From assembly GCF_009914755.1 (NCBI RefSeq), contig NC_060927.1: a DNA stretch of 64,000 nucleotides. The stretch is one strand, 5' to 3'. Made by a program: the position numbers and the translations under genes. Each line of letters begins with the position of its first letter. Position 1 is the first letter of the stretch. This document shows positions 28,407-42,814 of the stretch, piece after piece. Source of the DNA: the human T2T-CHM13v2.0 reference genome, Homo sapiens. The notes under the pieces were generated by a model. That model had not been told where the DNA came from. It did not search any database and worked only from the letters and a program-made list of their open reading frames with translations.

Positions 28407-30431
28407 GGGTTATGTTAACTCTAAACAGATAAGGAAGTGCCCTCTTTGCCTGCAGCCTCATTGCACTAGCAATTAAATTAGCCACATTCAAGGTAGTATA
28501 GGGAGGCATGGGGCGTGGCTTTGAAAAGTACTATCACCTGGCTATAAGTTCTGAGTTTAAATCTTAGGTGCAGAACTTTCTAGCTCTATGGCCTTGGGCA
28601 GATTGCCTAACTTCAGTGAATCTCAGTTTCCTCTTTGGCCAAATGCAGACAGAACCAGCTACACCTAACCTGGCGTGAAGTTTAAATTACATGGGATGAC
28701 AAGAAAACATTTAGCACCCTCTCTACACACAGCTACAAATAACCAAGCACTGATTATTATGGTCCAACAAAGTGGGAGGAAAAAAGAACAAAATATGGTT
28801 TTTAAGAGAAATCTACCAAACGCTTCAGTAATCTGAGGAAATTTTAGCTTGAGTTTGACAGAAATCTCAAGAATGCTCAGAGTCGTGGCCTCTTTCTTTA
28901 GAGGGTTCCTTGACTCCTGCAATGTGAGCCTCACCATCATGTACTCACAGCTCACAGGGCACCTAATTGACATTTATTATTGTTGCTTTGCTCAGCCTGG
29001 GTATCTGGACACTTGTGTCCAGGTCCCCATTTTCAGTGGCCAGGCATAACCCCAGTGATGGCCCGGTCAGGGAGAAAAGATTGTCGATACATGATACTTA
29101 GGCAAATGTTCTCACAGTGCATGTAGTCAGAGGGGCCGTGACTCTCTTCATTGCTCCAAAGCTGAGCAAAATCAGGCCAGACATAGCCACATCTGCCTTT
29201 GGTCTGACACCCCTCCTCCCACTTTATAGCCAATATCTGCCTTAATGCTGTTACTTCTAGTTGTTAGAGTCCTGTCCTTAGGGGAACTCAAGAGCTCCCT
29301 TTTTTCCAAACCCCAAGAACTTCCTGGCACATGGCTTTTCCTGATAGCTTCAAAGGCACCCCAGTAGGGGAGCACCACACAGCATGAAGACAGCTGCTTA
29401 CCCAACCTGCACAGACTGTCTCAAAGGACCTCCAAATTAAAGCTCCAAGGCTAGAAAATAGCTTGGAAACCATCTCCTCCGTTTTTCTTAGCTGGGGAAA
29501 CTGAAGCTCAGAAACGGGAAGGGATAGGCCTGCTGCTAGCCCATAGGGCGACTTTGTGCAAATTAGCAAAGTCACCCTACATGGATGGAGGCACTCTTGA
29601 GCCAAAGTGAACAGCCTGCTGAGAAGAAGAGTCCCAGAGCTCAGGCCCACAGTAGATAGATCCCTTGTGCTTTAGAAAGGGGTTTGCTCAAAATCACAAA
29701 AACGAGTTGGCAGAGAACTGGGATCAGATTGACAACCTCTTTGCACAGACAGGATTAACTACATATGGAAAACAAGTAGCTCCTGAGCTCTTGCACAGGA
29801 TTCCTTGTAAAAAAGCTTGGATTTCACACTCCGTTACTAAGTTTTCCTTGTGGCCCTTTTAATGATGGAAAGGGAATGGCAAACAATTGCCACATGTACA
29901 TTCCTTAGAGACATTTCACACATAGCTGGTGGCCCAGAAAAACCTAGTACCTGCAAAGAAATGAGGAGGCCCTAGTAGCTGGAGAAGGGGAAACCCTAAT
30001 CGCCTAGTTCAGAATCATCATTTAAGAAAGCAAAGTCAAACCCCAAAAGACAGTTTTGTTCTGAAATTGTAAACAGCCAGCATAGAATAGCTATGAGAGA
30101 ATAGGGCCTCATTTCAAAGCAACTCATAACATTTTTCACTACTGTAATACTGCATGTGACTTCTGTGATGAAATCATATTATGAAGGACAATTTCAATCG
30201 GGATTAGAAGAAACATATACCACAGCTTAAGCAACAGGAGCCTGTGTCAAAAGTGTTCCAGTTAACACATCATCCCCTTTGTTCTACAGGCAACCTTATT
30301 ACTCTTATCTTATCCTTTCATATTCTGAATTTCCCTTTCTGTAGAACCTTGGTGATTTCTGCCCCCTGTATTGCCTTGGGAAGACTTCTTTCTGTTCCTT
30401 TATGGGACTGGCATGTCTAATCTTTAGGTCA

Positions 30432-30968
30432 CAGGTCAGCAAACTTTTTCTATAAAGGGACAGATAGTACATTTTTTAGGCTTTGGGGCCCATATGGTCC
30501 CTGTCACAACTATTCAATTTTGCCATTGTAGCACAAAAGCAGCCACAGGCAATATATAAAATCATGGGTCTATACCCTTGTATTCCAGTAAAGCTTTCTT
30601 TTGCTTTTTCGTTTTTTTTTTTTTTTTTAGACAGTCTCGCTCTGTCACCCAGGCCGGAGTTCAGTGGTGCGATCTCCGCTCACTGCAATCTCTGCCTCCC
30701 AGGTTTAGGAGATTCTCCTGCCTCAAACTCCTGAGTAGCTAGAATTACAGGCATGTGTCACGATGCCTGGCTAATTTTTGTAATTTTAGTAGAGACGGTG
30801 TTTCACTATGTTGGCCAGGTTGGTCTCAAACTCCTGGCTTCAACTGATCTGACCACCTTGGCCTTCCAAAGTGCTAGGATTACAGGTGTGAGCCACTGCA
30901 CCCAGCTAGCCTTCTTTATAAAAAGGTGGTACTAGATTTGGCTCCTTGGTCACAGTGTGCTGATCCTT
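30432..30968. mobile_element. MER58A interrupted by an Alu
   Basis: GGTCAGCAAACTTTTTCTATAAAGGGACAGATAGTA...CAGTGTGCTGATCCTTG flanking the Alu. Confidence 0.75.
30595..30907 (-). mobile_element. Alu (older S/J-type)
   Basis: Poly-T followed by reverse Alu ending GAGCCACTGCACCCAGC. Confidence 0.95.
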
Positions 30969-31184
30969 GCTCTAGGTGGTACTGGGTGTGGGTGGGCAGA
31001 ACCTGAGCTCAGCTTATAGACACAAGTTGTGAAAGCCACCAAGAGGCTCCTGGGCAAATAGAAATTAGCAGGTAAGATGGCAATGGTGGGAAGTCCTTCA
31101 TCTGATTCTATCCTTGACATCATTAAGCTGACAAGAAAATTAAACTGAGAAGATTGATGTAATGCAGTAAGAAAAGGGACTTAC

Positions 31185-31313
31185 CTGGAGCATGGATGCT
31201 TCATTCTAAGATATATCCGAACACTAGCTTCCATGGCATCTGTCTAAGTACTATGACATTAATAAACCAAGAGTCTGCTAGTCAGGTGGTCTCCTTTACA
31301 TTTCTTCAGGATA
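31185..31313 (-). other. Candidate 129-nt cassette exon in CPNE4 intron 1
   Basis: Minus-strand acceptor CCTTCTCTTTGGTGGTTGTCTTTTTAG and donor CAG|GTAAGT; no transcript evidence available here. Confidence 0.35.
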
Positions 31314-31379
31314 CTAAAAAGACAACCACCAAAGAGAAGGTCCTAATAACAGCGGCATATTTAAGAATTCATGTATCTT

Positions 31380-31772
<393 letters not shown>

Positions 31773-33611
31773 TTAGGAGTGAATAAAACACAAGGAAGAT
31801 TTCTCAGAGGGCTAGGGTCTGGAAGACATTACATTGACCACATGCTTTACCCTTTATTGGGAACAGGAAACCTCTGCTCATCCGTAACCAATAGACAGCA
31901 GCAGGAAGTCATGATGATATATCTTCAGACATCACAACTCTTCATTTGCTAATTATCAGAACCCAAGGTCAAATTTTTTTCATAATTAAAAAATGTTCAG
32001 TTCCCCAGATTAGACCATAATTCCTCCAAAGTAAAGATGGCATTTTATACTTCTTCATATTATTACATCCTTGCCTAGTATTTTAGAATAATATAATAAT
32101 TGCTAACATTTTGGGAATAATTATTCAGTGCCAGGCACTATTCAAAATGTTTTAAGTCCCTTCTCATTTAATAACCTCACAACAACCTATGAGCTGGGAA
32201 CTCGTATTATTATTATTCCATATTGACAAATAGTGGCACTGGGACACAAAGAGTTTGTATATCTTGCCCAAAACAATGCAGCTAGAGGTGGTGGATCCCA
32301 GATTTGCACTCAGGCATCCCAGCCCTAGAGCCTGTGGTCCTAACTTCTGTATAATGCTGCTTACGATAATGCAACCAATATAGGTGATCAATAAGTATTT
32401 GGGGTTGTCAGTAGTGACTCTGAGAGGAGGGAAAAAAACAAACAAAGTCTGAGTTGAAGCTCAGCCAAATTGTGCATAATTATCAGTAAACTCCTCCTGC
32501 TCCACTCTCCCATGATGTAGAGAATGTTACCCTTTCTTGAGGGCTCCTAAACACAGCTAAGCTCTAAGAGTGGCAGCTGCCAGTGAAGAGTCTTGGAAGA
32601 CATGTCTGCAGCTCTGTAAAGAAAGCCCCTCCTTCAATAGCTGCAGGCTGGAAGGCCCTGGGAATATACCTACAGCCAGGAATGGAGCACCCTCTCAGAG
32701 CCTTCCCTAAGGGGACATGGGTAGAACAAATGACCCCTGGGCCAGCCTACTCCTCCCCCCGAATGCTCCTCCCACCCCCACTCCTCATCTCTCTCTCTCC
32801 AAGATCCTGTTTCTGAGAAGGGCAGGGAACAAGCACCCTGACTTTCCTAGTGACCGAGGTGAGGGCTAGGGTCGCCTGAGAAGGAGGAGGGAAAGAAAGA
32901 GGCACCATCAAGCTTGGGCTAGAAATTATGACTTTGTTCATTAGACCACTTGATTTTTTCCTCCTCAGTATCCAGATTATTTCCATTTTACTTTTTCTTT
33001 CTTTTTCCGTTAAAATGTTTTAAATTCTATACACTATTTTAATCTCTCTCTTTGTTCTTTTTAACATTGACATTTGGGAGTAGAAAATGTAGTCTAATTA
33101 TAGTTTTAATTGCATTCCATGGTGTATATAAGGAGGGTTATATTTCTATTGTCTTCTAATATATTGTGTTCTTGGCTTCTGTCATTCAAAAAATAGTTAT
33201 TTAATGTTTTTGAGCAATAGGATAGCTTTTAATTATTTTAGTATTATATACTTCCAAAGTCATTGTATCATGTTAGGAGAAAGTCGTGTGGAAAAAATTT
33301 GACTTTTGTTTAACCAAGAATATTTTAAAATGGATCCTATTATTTTTGTAAAATATCTCTGTATTCTTAAAATTAATTTTATCTCTTATTTTTAAAGCTT
33401 TTTAAACTTCTGTTAAATCACTTCCAATGAAATATGGAACAAAACTGTTTGATTTATTCTGCTGCTCAAATATATAATTTATTTATCATTGCATTCTTTG
33501 CCTAACATATTTTTATAATAGGTTACAAAGATTCTCTGCATCTAATTATTTCAGAGTCAAAGAACTTATACTCTGATCCTGGTTTATCTTTAATCTGCTG
33601 CAAAGATAATT

Positions 33612-33705
33612 TGGCTCAAATTATTGCACATCTCTGGGCTTAGGTTTTTCTTATTTATTGGCTCAAATTATTGCACATCTCTGGGCTTAGGTTTTTCTTA
33701 TTTAT
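33612..33705. repeat. Perfect 47-bp tandem duplication within a MIR-like segment
   Basis: TGGCTCAAATTATTGCACATCTCTGGGCTTAGGTTTTTCTTATTTAT x2. Confidence 0.95.
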
Positions 33706-35664
33706 AACACAGAGAGTTAAATAAAATAATATCAAAATTTCCTTTTGACAACAGCATTCTAGGAGAGCTTACAGTGAGGCTTACATTTACCAGCAGGAAT
33801 ATCTTCCCCCTTCCTTTCTGCTAGAAGGTAACCCTTTCAACCAAGTTTCACCTGATAAAAGAAGGGAAGGAAAGCTCCAATAGACTCTAAGAATCAACTG
33901 CTGTCCTTAGAAGGAAAAAGAGTCCTCTCTTCTAATTCCTTAGACATACACACTCACACACACACACACACCCAACACATATATCATATACGATATGATG
34001 TCAGAATGTAAACTTTTCAATAATCAGTCAAAACGTACCAATTAAGAAATGTGTATCCTAAGCAGCTGGCAAATATTTGATAAAAGGATTGTTTTCTTTA
34101 CTCGAGGACAAAAATCAAAAGGCCACAAGCAGAGGGACCTCAACAACCTATATCTCCCAAGCAATGCTGCTGATGAGGCTAAGCCATTGAAGGGATCAAA
34201 TGGAACAATCACAGAGAAATGCCAGCCTCAGAGGGAATAAACAGAATCTTCAACTTCTACAGCTAGGCTGAAAACACAGCATCTCAGCTGGATTTTATGC
34301 AAGTCATTTCCATAAAAGATTCAGACATAAACCAAGAATTGGGGCTTCTCAGACACCTGAAAATATCCCCCATGGATTGGGGATACTGAAACTATATGAT
34401 TTGAATTGGTTTCAGCTTATAACCATACATTTGCTATGAAAACATCCAAAAACACAGGTGAAATAAATGTACATATCAATGAGTAAGAAAATTGGAGACT
34501 TTTCCAGACTATATAATTGGACCATGTAAAAGACAAGATAACTTCTAAGATTCTTTCAATCCTGAGCTGTGCAATACAAATAAAGCAAAAATTCACTAGC
34601 ACGCCACGTATTACACCCTGGATTGAACTCAATCATACTAGACCACTTAACCTAGGAATTCCAAACAAAATTCTTGACTCCCAGGCTCTCTGAGATATCC
34701 ATTGTGTCAGACCATTAGCCTCAGAAGCATGCTTTGGCTTACCCTAGATCTTACAAAAATCAAAGTTTGGAATTTCAACCACCGATCTAGGACTTATATT
34801 TCAACATTCTCTCTTCAACTTAGCTTTCCACTGTCAGCAGGTTTTTGCCTGCAACATAAAGTGACCAATCTACTGATCAAGAATGGGTCTGAGATAGACT
34901 AGATGGCTCCCCTGAGCCCATCACCAGCTGAAGAGAAATGGCATTTGGGGGACACTGAAGAGGAGATGGCAGTGTCCAGGAGTGAAGAAGTCAGAGGAAC
35001 CCTGCGAGAGAAAAACAGGTTCTCCTAGAACTTTACCTTGAAAAACTGGGGTAACAAAAATAAAGACCACTGCACTTTTACTTACATCAATTCCTGGATT
35101 GAAATTTTCTCTCCTCTTTGAATATTAAAATCCTATTTGGAAACCTAGTTTACTCTCCTTCTCTATAAGTCTTTCTCAAACCCACCCATCTCACAAATTG
35201 GTCCGTTCTCAGGACTCAAAAGGCTTCTCCTTCATCCATCTAGCAGTCATATTCACACTGTCTTGCATCATCTCACATTCCTGTTTGGTGACATCATGTA
35301 ACTATAACACTATTATCGCCTTTTCACATGTGTGTACCTCAATTCTTAAATTTAATTTTAACCTTCCTCAGAGTGAAGTCCATCACTATTTTAGATTTTT
35401 TTCTCTAAGGCAGCAAATTGCATGTGGTAGGTGTTCAATATATGCTAGCCGATCACATGACTAAAGAAGGCAAGCAAAGAAGAAAGAAGGAGCTGGGGAA
35501 AGGTAATGCAGGACAAAAATGTCCCTCGGTAGCCAGAAGGTAGACCTGTTGTGAAGGAAAAGTAATCAAAATTCCACACAAGCTAATAAGAAACAGTACA
35601 TGGTAAACAACTGAAAATGTCTGTTGAATTGAAGAAAGGCGGTAAGGAATGAGCAGATGGATAT

Positions 35665-35885
35665 AAAGGAAGAAAAGACGAAAGGAAATGATAAAAGAGA
35701 AGAAAGTGGAGACGAGAAGGGAGGAGTGAGAGAAGATGGGAGAAGGGAAGAAAGAGAAGGAGAGAAGAATAGAAGGAAGGAAGGATGGAAAGGAAAATGG
35801 AAGGAAAGATTAAAAAGGAGTGGAAGAAAGGATGAAAAGAAGAGTAGGGAGAATGGAAAAAAAGAGGAAAAGAAGGAATAAAGGA
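35665..35885. repeat. GA-rich low-complexity tract
   Basis: Purine-dominated degenerate GGAA/GAAA repeats. Confidence 0.85.
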
Positions 35886-37002
35886 CAAGTCTTACCCTTG
35901 TATTTCTGGATCTTCCATTTTTATATACTTGTTCCCTTTCTATTTCCAAAATAGCTCTTGGTGTCCTAGAGGGCACCCGGCACCTAGTTCCAGGCTCGTT
36001 GATGCACCTACATAAAGCTGTATGTGAACCACATTCACTCTGATTTTGTGCTTCACTGGCCAGCAAACACCATCTCCTGAAAGTACAGCACCACCGATCC
36101 TGGGAAGTCAGCCCCAGAAAAGCTGCATTTCAAGGCTCAGGGTGTAGAACTCAAGGACATTTGGGCAAAAGCCTGGGATGTCACTGGCTCTCCAACAGGA
36201 GTTATAGCGGGAGGCCTTCTCCTCTTATTAGTGCCAAGGCATCACATGACATGCTCAGCCCACCGGCTTCCTGGGCAGCCCATCAGGGAATCAGGGCTCA
36301 GAGGCTCCACGGGGTGGGGGCAGGGGAGAATCTTTGAGGATACTCATTGGCACACAGCCATGCCTCCCTCACTGCCAACTCCCTGAGGCGCTGCTATCAC
36401 TCCTCCTCCACCCACCCCTAAAGACCCAGATGCTCAACTCAGAGTGTGCCCCCAGACAACACAGGAAGGTTGGATGCCCAAATCTTGGCAAATGTACAAC
36501 TCTTTGTGGCAATCCTAAAAAAGAGCCTACCCAAGACGTCTCCATTTGCTCCCTTTTCCCTCTAACAGAAATGCCATAGTGTGTGAGTGTTAATGTATAT
36601 ATTTTTAAAAAATTTTGCCACATAGAAGACATCTATTGCTGAGACCAAGAAGGAGTTCTTGATGGGAAAAGAAGGTGTATGCTTTAGGGATGTCCATAAA
36701 CCCCCAAAATCAGATGCACACAATTATGTGGGCTTGATTTTTCTGGTTAGAGAGTCCATAGTTTTTAGCAGTTTCTCCAAGGGAACTGTGGCATGAACAA
36801 TATTTTAAAACTACTATCCTGTACTCCTGAGGAGAAGCAAAGCAAGTTGTCAGGGGTTTGCTAATCAGGAAAAGAGTGATTGATTGATTAATTTGCCAAC
36901 TGAGTTTCATGAAAATGCATTTTCTAGAATTAACCTATTTTGCTAAAATGACAACTGAATTTTGAAGTAGGGACTTTCTTCCCCTAGCACCCCTCATCTT
37001 TA

Positions 37003-38450
37003 TGTCTATCTGTCTGTGTCCACCAGCTCTACAGCCTGTGTCTGCTAGGAAAGACCATTTAAACTTGTAACACTTCATTAAGCACATTTCCACCACCATC
37101 ACAACTCTCTACATTAAAGCAAACCAGTTCCAAATGGGCAAGCCTTGGAAATGCTCTCATATCTGCCTATCCAAACTCATGCTGCAGAAATAAAATGGGC
37201 AGCTTTAGAGGAGATTATGGCTTTAATATACCACATCATTGTCATGAAATTGAAAATATCACTGAAAGAATAACCAGGGATATACATGAAATATTTAAGC
37301 ATGCCCTAATATAGCACTGCTGGGACCTGAAGAGTGATTCGATTGCTACAGAATAAAATGAAGCTTAGAAAAATTAGGGCGATGCACTTGAGCAACCACC
37401 AAAACGTGAAATAATGGGAAACTCTGCTTTATCAAGAACTTTTTAAAAAGCTGTTTGCAGACTCTGCAGCTGTTAATCACTCTTCACATATGGCATGGCT
37501 GTCACCTTTATGAATCATGTTTTAACTTGAAAAGATTTTCCTTTATTACCTTTCCATTTTCACATTCCTAAGGAGTTGTGAAGCAAACAAAAAAAAATAG
37601 GAAAAGCTCTGAAGTTCTCAAAGCCAGGAACAATATTTACAAATAAAACAAGCAAGAAAGCATGTTGAAGTTTTAAATTATGTCCAATTTTGTGAGACCA
37701 AATATTAGCATCTTCACTTCCAAGCTACAGAAACAGTCTCATTTCTTATTAAAAAAAAAACTTCTACACTAAGACTTTACCTTGATTGCACATGAAATCT
37801 AAGCCCACCTTGGTGAGTAAGAGAAACAGTCATACAGCTATTGTTTTAAAGTTTAAATCAATTTGATTCAAATTAATAGGTACAGTATTGCATAAATCTG
37901 TGACAAAATGCATCTGAAAAATAAATTTGATGAATGATGACATATATTATTGAGACATATAAAGATCTACATATACAGGAATAGGAAAGGTTTACAATCA
38001 TATAGTTTGTCCATTTACTTTTAAAAACAGAATAATAAAGGCAACTGATAAAAAAAAATTCAGCATTCAGGAAAATTCAGCATAATGCTCTCCCTTGACC
38101 CAATGATGCCACTTTACTGAAATGCAATATTAGCCAAATTCATGCTTTTGATTTGCAGATCAAAAAGCAATCCCTCTGCTTTTTGTTTTTGAGTAATGGT
38201 TCTCAAAAGTTCTAATAAGAATTAGAACTGTCAGAAACAAAAAGTCTAAAAAGGAACAAAGGCTGCCCTTCAGCCAAGAGGACCAGACAAAGTCTATTTA
38301 TGCAACATTCCTGTGTCTATCTGTCTGTCCGTGCCCACTAGCCCTACAGCCTGTGTCTGCTGGGAAAGGCCATTTAAACTTGTGACGCTCATTAAGGACA
38401 TTCTCACCACCATCATGGATCTCTAAATTAAAGTCAAACCGATTCCAAAT
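37003..38450. repeat. Diverged ~135-bp direct repeat pair (37003-37135 and 38314-38450)
   Basis: Shared TGTCTATCTGTCTGT...CTACAGCCTGTGTCTGCT.GGAAAG.CCATTTAAACTTGT...CACCACCATCA...TTCCAAAT. Confidence 0.85.
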
Positions 38451-39902
38451 TGGAACTTAAAGGTACAAGAGTCAGAACGCGGCACAAATTGCATCATGCC
38501 AGTGTCAGTCCCATCCTGTTCCTCTTACCCTTCTCTTCCCAAATGGAAAAAAGTGACCTGTGTCCTGCACATGGGAGACAAGAGCTTGTGAAGGGCTTTC
38601 CCCCTCCTCAGCCCCAGGTTGTTCACTGCCTGCCTGCTTTCAGCCATCCCATCCTGCCATAGAGAGTAAGTCACTTACCACAGATGGGAGGCAGGCAGGG
38701 CTGCTCCGTCTGAATCCCAGCACTCTGAAGGCTGGAGTGCCTGAGAGGAAAACTCTGGGTACAGCCTGGGATTCTGATGTGGAGGCTGAGGCTGGGGCTC
38801 TGCTCACACCTTAGCAGAGACAGCGTGCCTCCCTCTAAAATGTCTAAATTAATAAATGATAACCCCATGGTCAAATCTGTGGAGCTGAGCTGAGAGAAAC
38901 TCCGGCTGTCTTCTCAGGAAAGGGGGACTGTGGGAACTCCAGTTCCTGAAGGGTGGCATAGTATATGCTTTGAATTGGGAGTCAGCTACCTTAATCATAT
39001 CATAAAGCATGAACATTTCTTTCAGGATCACATGTTTTACACTTTTTTTCCCTGGGGGATGGAAGGAGGACAATAAGAGCTAGATGATCACCATCATCTC
39101 CGCCCCTCCAAGTAATTCATCCATAGCTTTCCAACTCCCTAAAGAGTAATTTTGGAAACCAGTGGAAGTGTGATTTTCACCTATGATTTTGGTACATGAG
39201 TGAAGGCACTCACAGCAGGTCATCACAGGACACTGTTAACCCTAGCCCCGCACATCTGGAACATGCCCAAAATTGCACCCGCACACGAGGAAGTCTCAAA
39301 TGTTGCTGAACACAAACAATAAACAGTATGTTCTTCAACCCCACTTCCATAAGCCAACTCAAAACAAGCACGAAGCACAACTTTGATGCTCTCAACTCTT
39401 AAATCCCCTTTTTTCTCTCCAGGTAAGATTCTTGATAGCACTGTGACAGCAGATGGTCATGCTTTTTGTACCTGCCTGATAATTCCAGCTGATGCTAAAT
39501 AAATCTGACTGATGGTGATTCAAGAGACTGTGGCTGTCACATTGGCACACTGGGATGCAGAGAATCAAAAGTGTTTACATTTGCCTCATCACCTCTCTTG
39601 CTAATATTATGTAGAATGGTCATGCAAGAAGGATCCTTAGAGATTAAATAAAACACATTGATTTTATAAATGGGTAAATGGAACCCACACCATAAGTCAT
39701 TCATCTAGAAATATATAATCATTCATGCCACAAGTACTTACTGTGTGCAAGATCCTCACAATGCATAGCAACAAAATTCTACTACTTAGCTATTTGGCCC
39801 ATAGTTCATATTTCAGAATAATAGTCCTTTGGATTTTTTGAACCCTATATATGTTTCCTATGTAGGTTCCTGGAGATGGCCAAATAAAAATATGCTCCAA
39901 AT

Positions 39903-40110
39903 GCAGGGGTTGTCTAACTTTTTCTATCAGGAATCAGATAGTAGGCGGTGCACATCATGTGGTCGCTGTTTCAACTATTCAGCTCTGACATTATATGGTG
40001 AAAGAAGCTATGGACAACGACAGGTATGACAGTATTTCTACAAAACTTTATTTATGAAAAAAGTGTGCATACTGAAATTGACACATGTGCTACAGATTGC
40101 TGATCCCTGT
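39903..40110. mobile_element. MER58A
   Basis: CAGGGGTTGTCTAACTTTTTCTAT...CAGATAGTA...TTGCTGATCCCTG. Confidence 0.7.
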
Positions 40111-41874
40111 TCTACTGGATCTCATTTGACAATGACCTTTTTTGGGCTGCAGACTTCAAGTTTGCCTTAATCAGATCTTAATTTACCTCAAACCTCCCCA
40201 TTCATAGAAGTTAAAAATGTATGTATAAAGGAAAGAAATCACAGAACAAGAAGCTTAGGAAGTAAACTTTGTAACCACCTATTGGAAGTATTCACAAAAC
40301 ACAGGAAGGGAATCGGATTCACAAATAGAACTGTTTCTCTCCATCCAAGCAAAGTGGAATAGAAGTTTCGATCTAAGTAACCAAGAACCAGGCCTCCCAA
40401 ATTGGATATTACCTCTTCTCCCCAGCATAGGGAAGATGATATTCCCATAGGATTAGGCAGGTCCCTATTATTCCACCCCATAGAAAATAACTGTCAACCA
40501 TTTCTGCTGAAGACAGCAAGTCTATTTCCAGGCTGCTTAGCTTGACTGGCAAGTCAAATACAGGGCAGACATGGACATGTAGGATCAGAAGGCAGGTCTG
40601 GCCTTCCCTGAGCCCATTCCCTGGGCAGGGGTAGGTAAGTAAGGAACAAGGAGACCCACCTATCTTCCCTGTTTGTGCCTGCTTTAGAGAAAAGGAGTTC
40701 TTAAAAGCAGCCCTAGCAATCTGTGAAACCAACAGGGTTCATCATTCAGAGTGAGAATATGCATTGTTCCCATGGAACCATTGAGTCAAAATTTGAGAAT
40801 TCTTGACAAGTAACTCACAACTTCTTAAAGAATAAGAAACTCAGGTAAAAGAGTTCCCAGGAGGTGGCCCCTCATGGGACAGCACAGATTCCTGCTTGAT
40901 GTTGCATAAAAAAACAGGTACAACTTGCCGTACAATCACTGATGCTTGGACCTTCCTGCAAGTGCTTCTCTCCAGAAATGTATTTCCTGTACACAAAGAT
41001 GCTATACAAAAAAAAAATAATAATAATAATCCATGCTGCCTGAGGTCAGCTGGCAGAGATGCTTCACAGTGAATTTCAGCTTCTACTAAAATGACAAATG
41101 ATCATCTGCACTTTTTTGACTTGTTTGGTGGTGAGTTGTGCCTGATGTCAAACATCTGGATAAAAATTTTAAAAGTTGTTCAGCAAACCAGTGATCTAGA
41201 TGTTTGGTGTCAAAAAGACCAAACAGTCAGATAACTATCTGATTCCCTGTTTTCTAACTTCTTATCCAAGGATCTGCTACATCCATATAATCACAGTAAC
41301 CTTACTGCAGCAGCCCCCGTCATTCGCTTGTTTCCATAAAAATAAAAGGCAATCTGAGTTCATTGATCACCGATTGAGAACCACATGGAATTATGTCAGC
41401 TCCGATTCAGTTGAATTTACTCAGTTAAACTTAATGATGCTATAAAGCATTCAGAGTCAGCCAGAGCATCAAAGTGTCTGAACAACCACGGACCATTACA
41501 CACCAAGATAAAATATCTATAGAACATCTCATTCCCATCAGACAACAAATTAAAATGAGGGGAAAGGGCTGTATTTCAGTCGTTAACCCATAATTCAGCT
41601 GCCAACATTATATAAAAGCCTCACGCACTCTAGTCCAATCGTTCATCTTTTTTCTCTTGCTTTAATGAGGCAGCAGAAGTGATCCCTCAGCCTGCTTTCT
41701 GGGGCTTCCTTTGCAGTGCCGTGTGCCCAGAGAAACTCAAACACAATGCTGCTCACAAACTTTTATGAGCTGTTATCTTCACCTTCAGCTACATCCTTCA
41801 AGGGATAATAAAGCCACTACATCTTAGTTTGGTCCGTGATTGATACTTTAATTGTTGCTTTTTAAAATAAATAA

Positions 41875-42220
<346 letters not shown>

Positions 42221-42515
42221 CAGATCAGCCTTTTATTTAGCAAGTCACCATCACAAGACATACAGGCTAAGGCTTAAAAGAAGCCCTTGGGTTTAAAACA
42301 AATGTTTAGGAGGAGATGAGAAGTTTCTCATCTTTGATGGCTACAAAAATCATCAAAACAAATTCAGGTTCAGAGTCTAGAAAAGATGTTACTATTTGCA
42401 GCATGGGTCTGATACAGCAGTTCTTAACGGGTAAACTGCTTTGTTTTAATTTATAATACAGTAAATATTGATAGATTTAATACACGTAACAAAAGCTCTT
42501 TGGGGTCTTCAGTAA

Positions 42516-42814
42516 TTTTTTTTTTTTTTTTTGAGACACAGTCTTGCTCTGTTGCCCAGGCTAGAGTGCTGCAGCGCAATCTTGGCTCACTGCAACCTGT
42601 GCCTCCTACCTTCAAGAGATTCTCCTGCCTCAGCCACCTGAGTAGCTGGAATTACAGGCAAACACCACCACGCTGGGCTAATTTTTGTATTTTTAGTAGA
42701 GATGGGGTTTCACCATGTTGGCCAGGCTAGTCTCGAACTCCTGACCTCAAGTGATCTGCCCACCTTGACCTCCCAAAGTGTTGGGATTACAGGTGTGAGC
42801 CATTGCGCCCAGCC
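42516..42814 (-). mobile_element. AluS element
   Basis: Poly-T plus reverse Alu; TSD TGGGGTCTTCA on both sides. Confidence 0.95.

Noticed and set aside
35566-36066. 166-aa hydrophobic ORF
   Set aside because: Reverse strand of a GA-rich low-complexity tract with a non-ATG start
41201-41225. TGTTTGGT-N9-ACCAAACA hairpin
   Set aside because: An 8-bp stem is expected by chance
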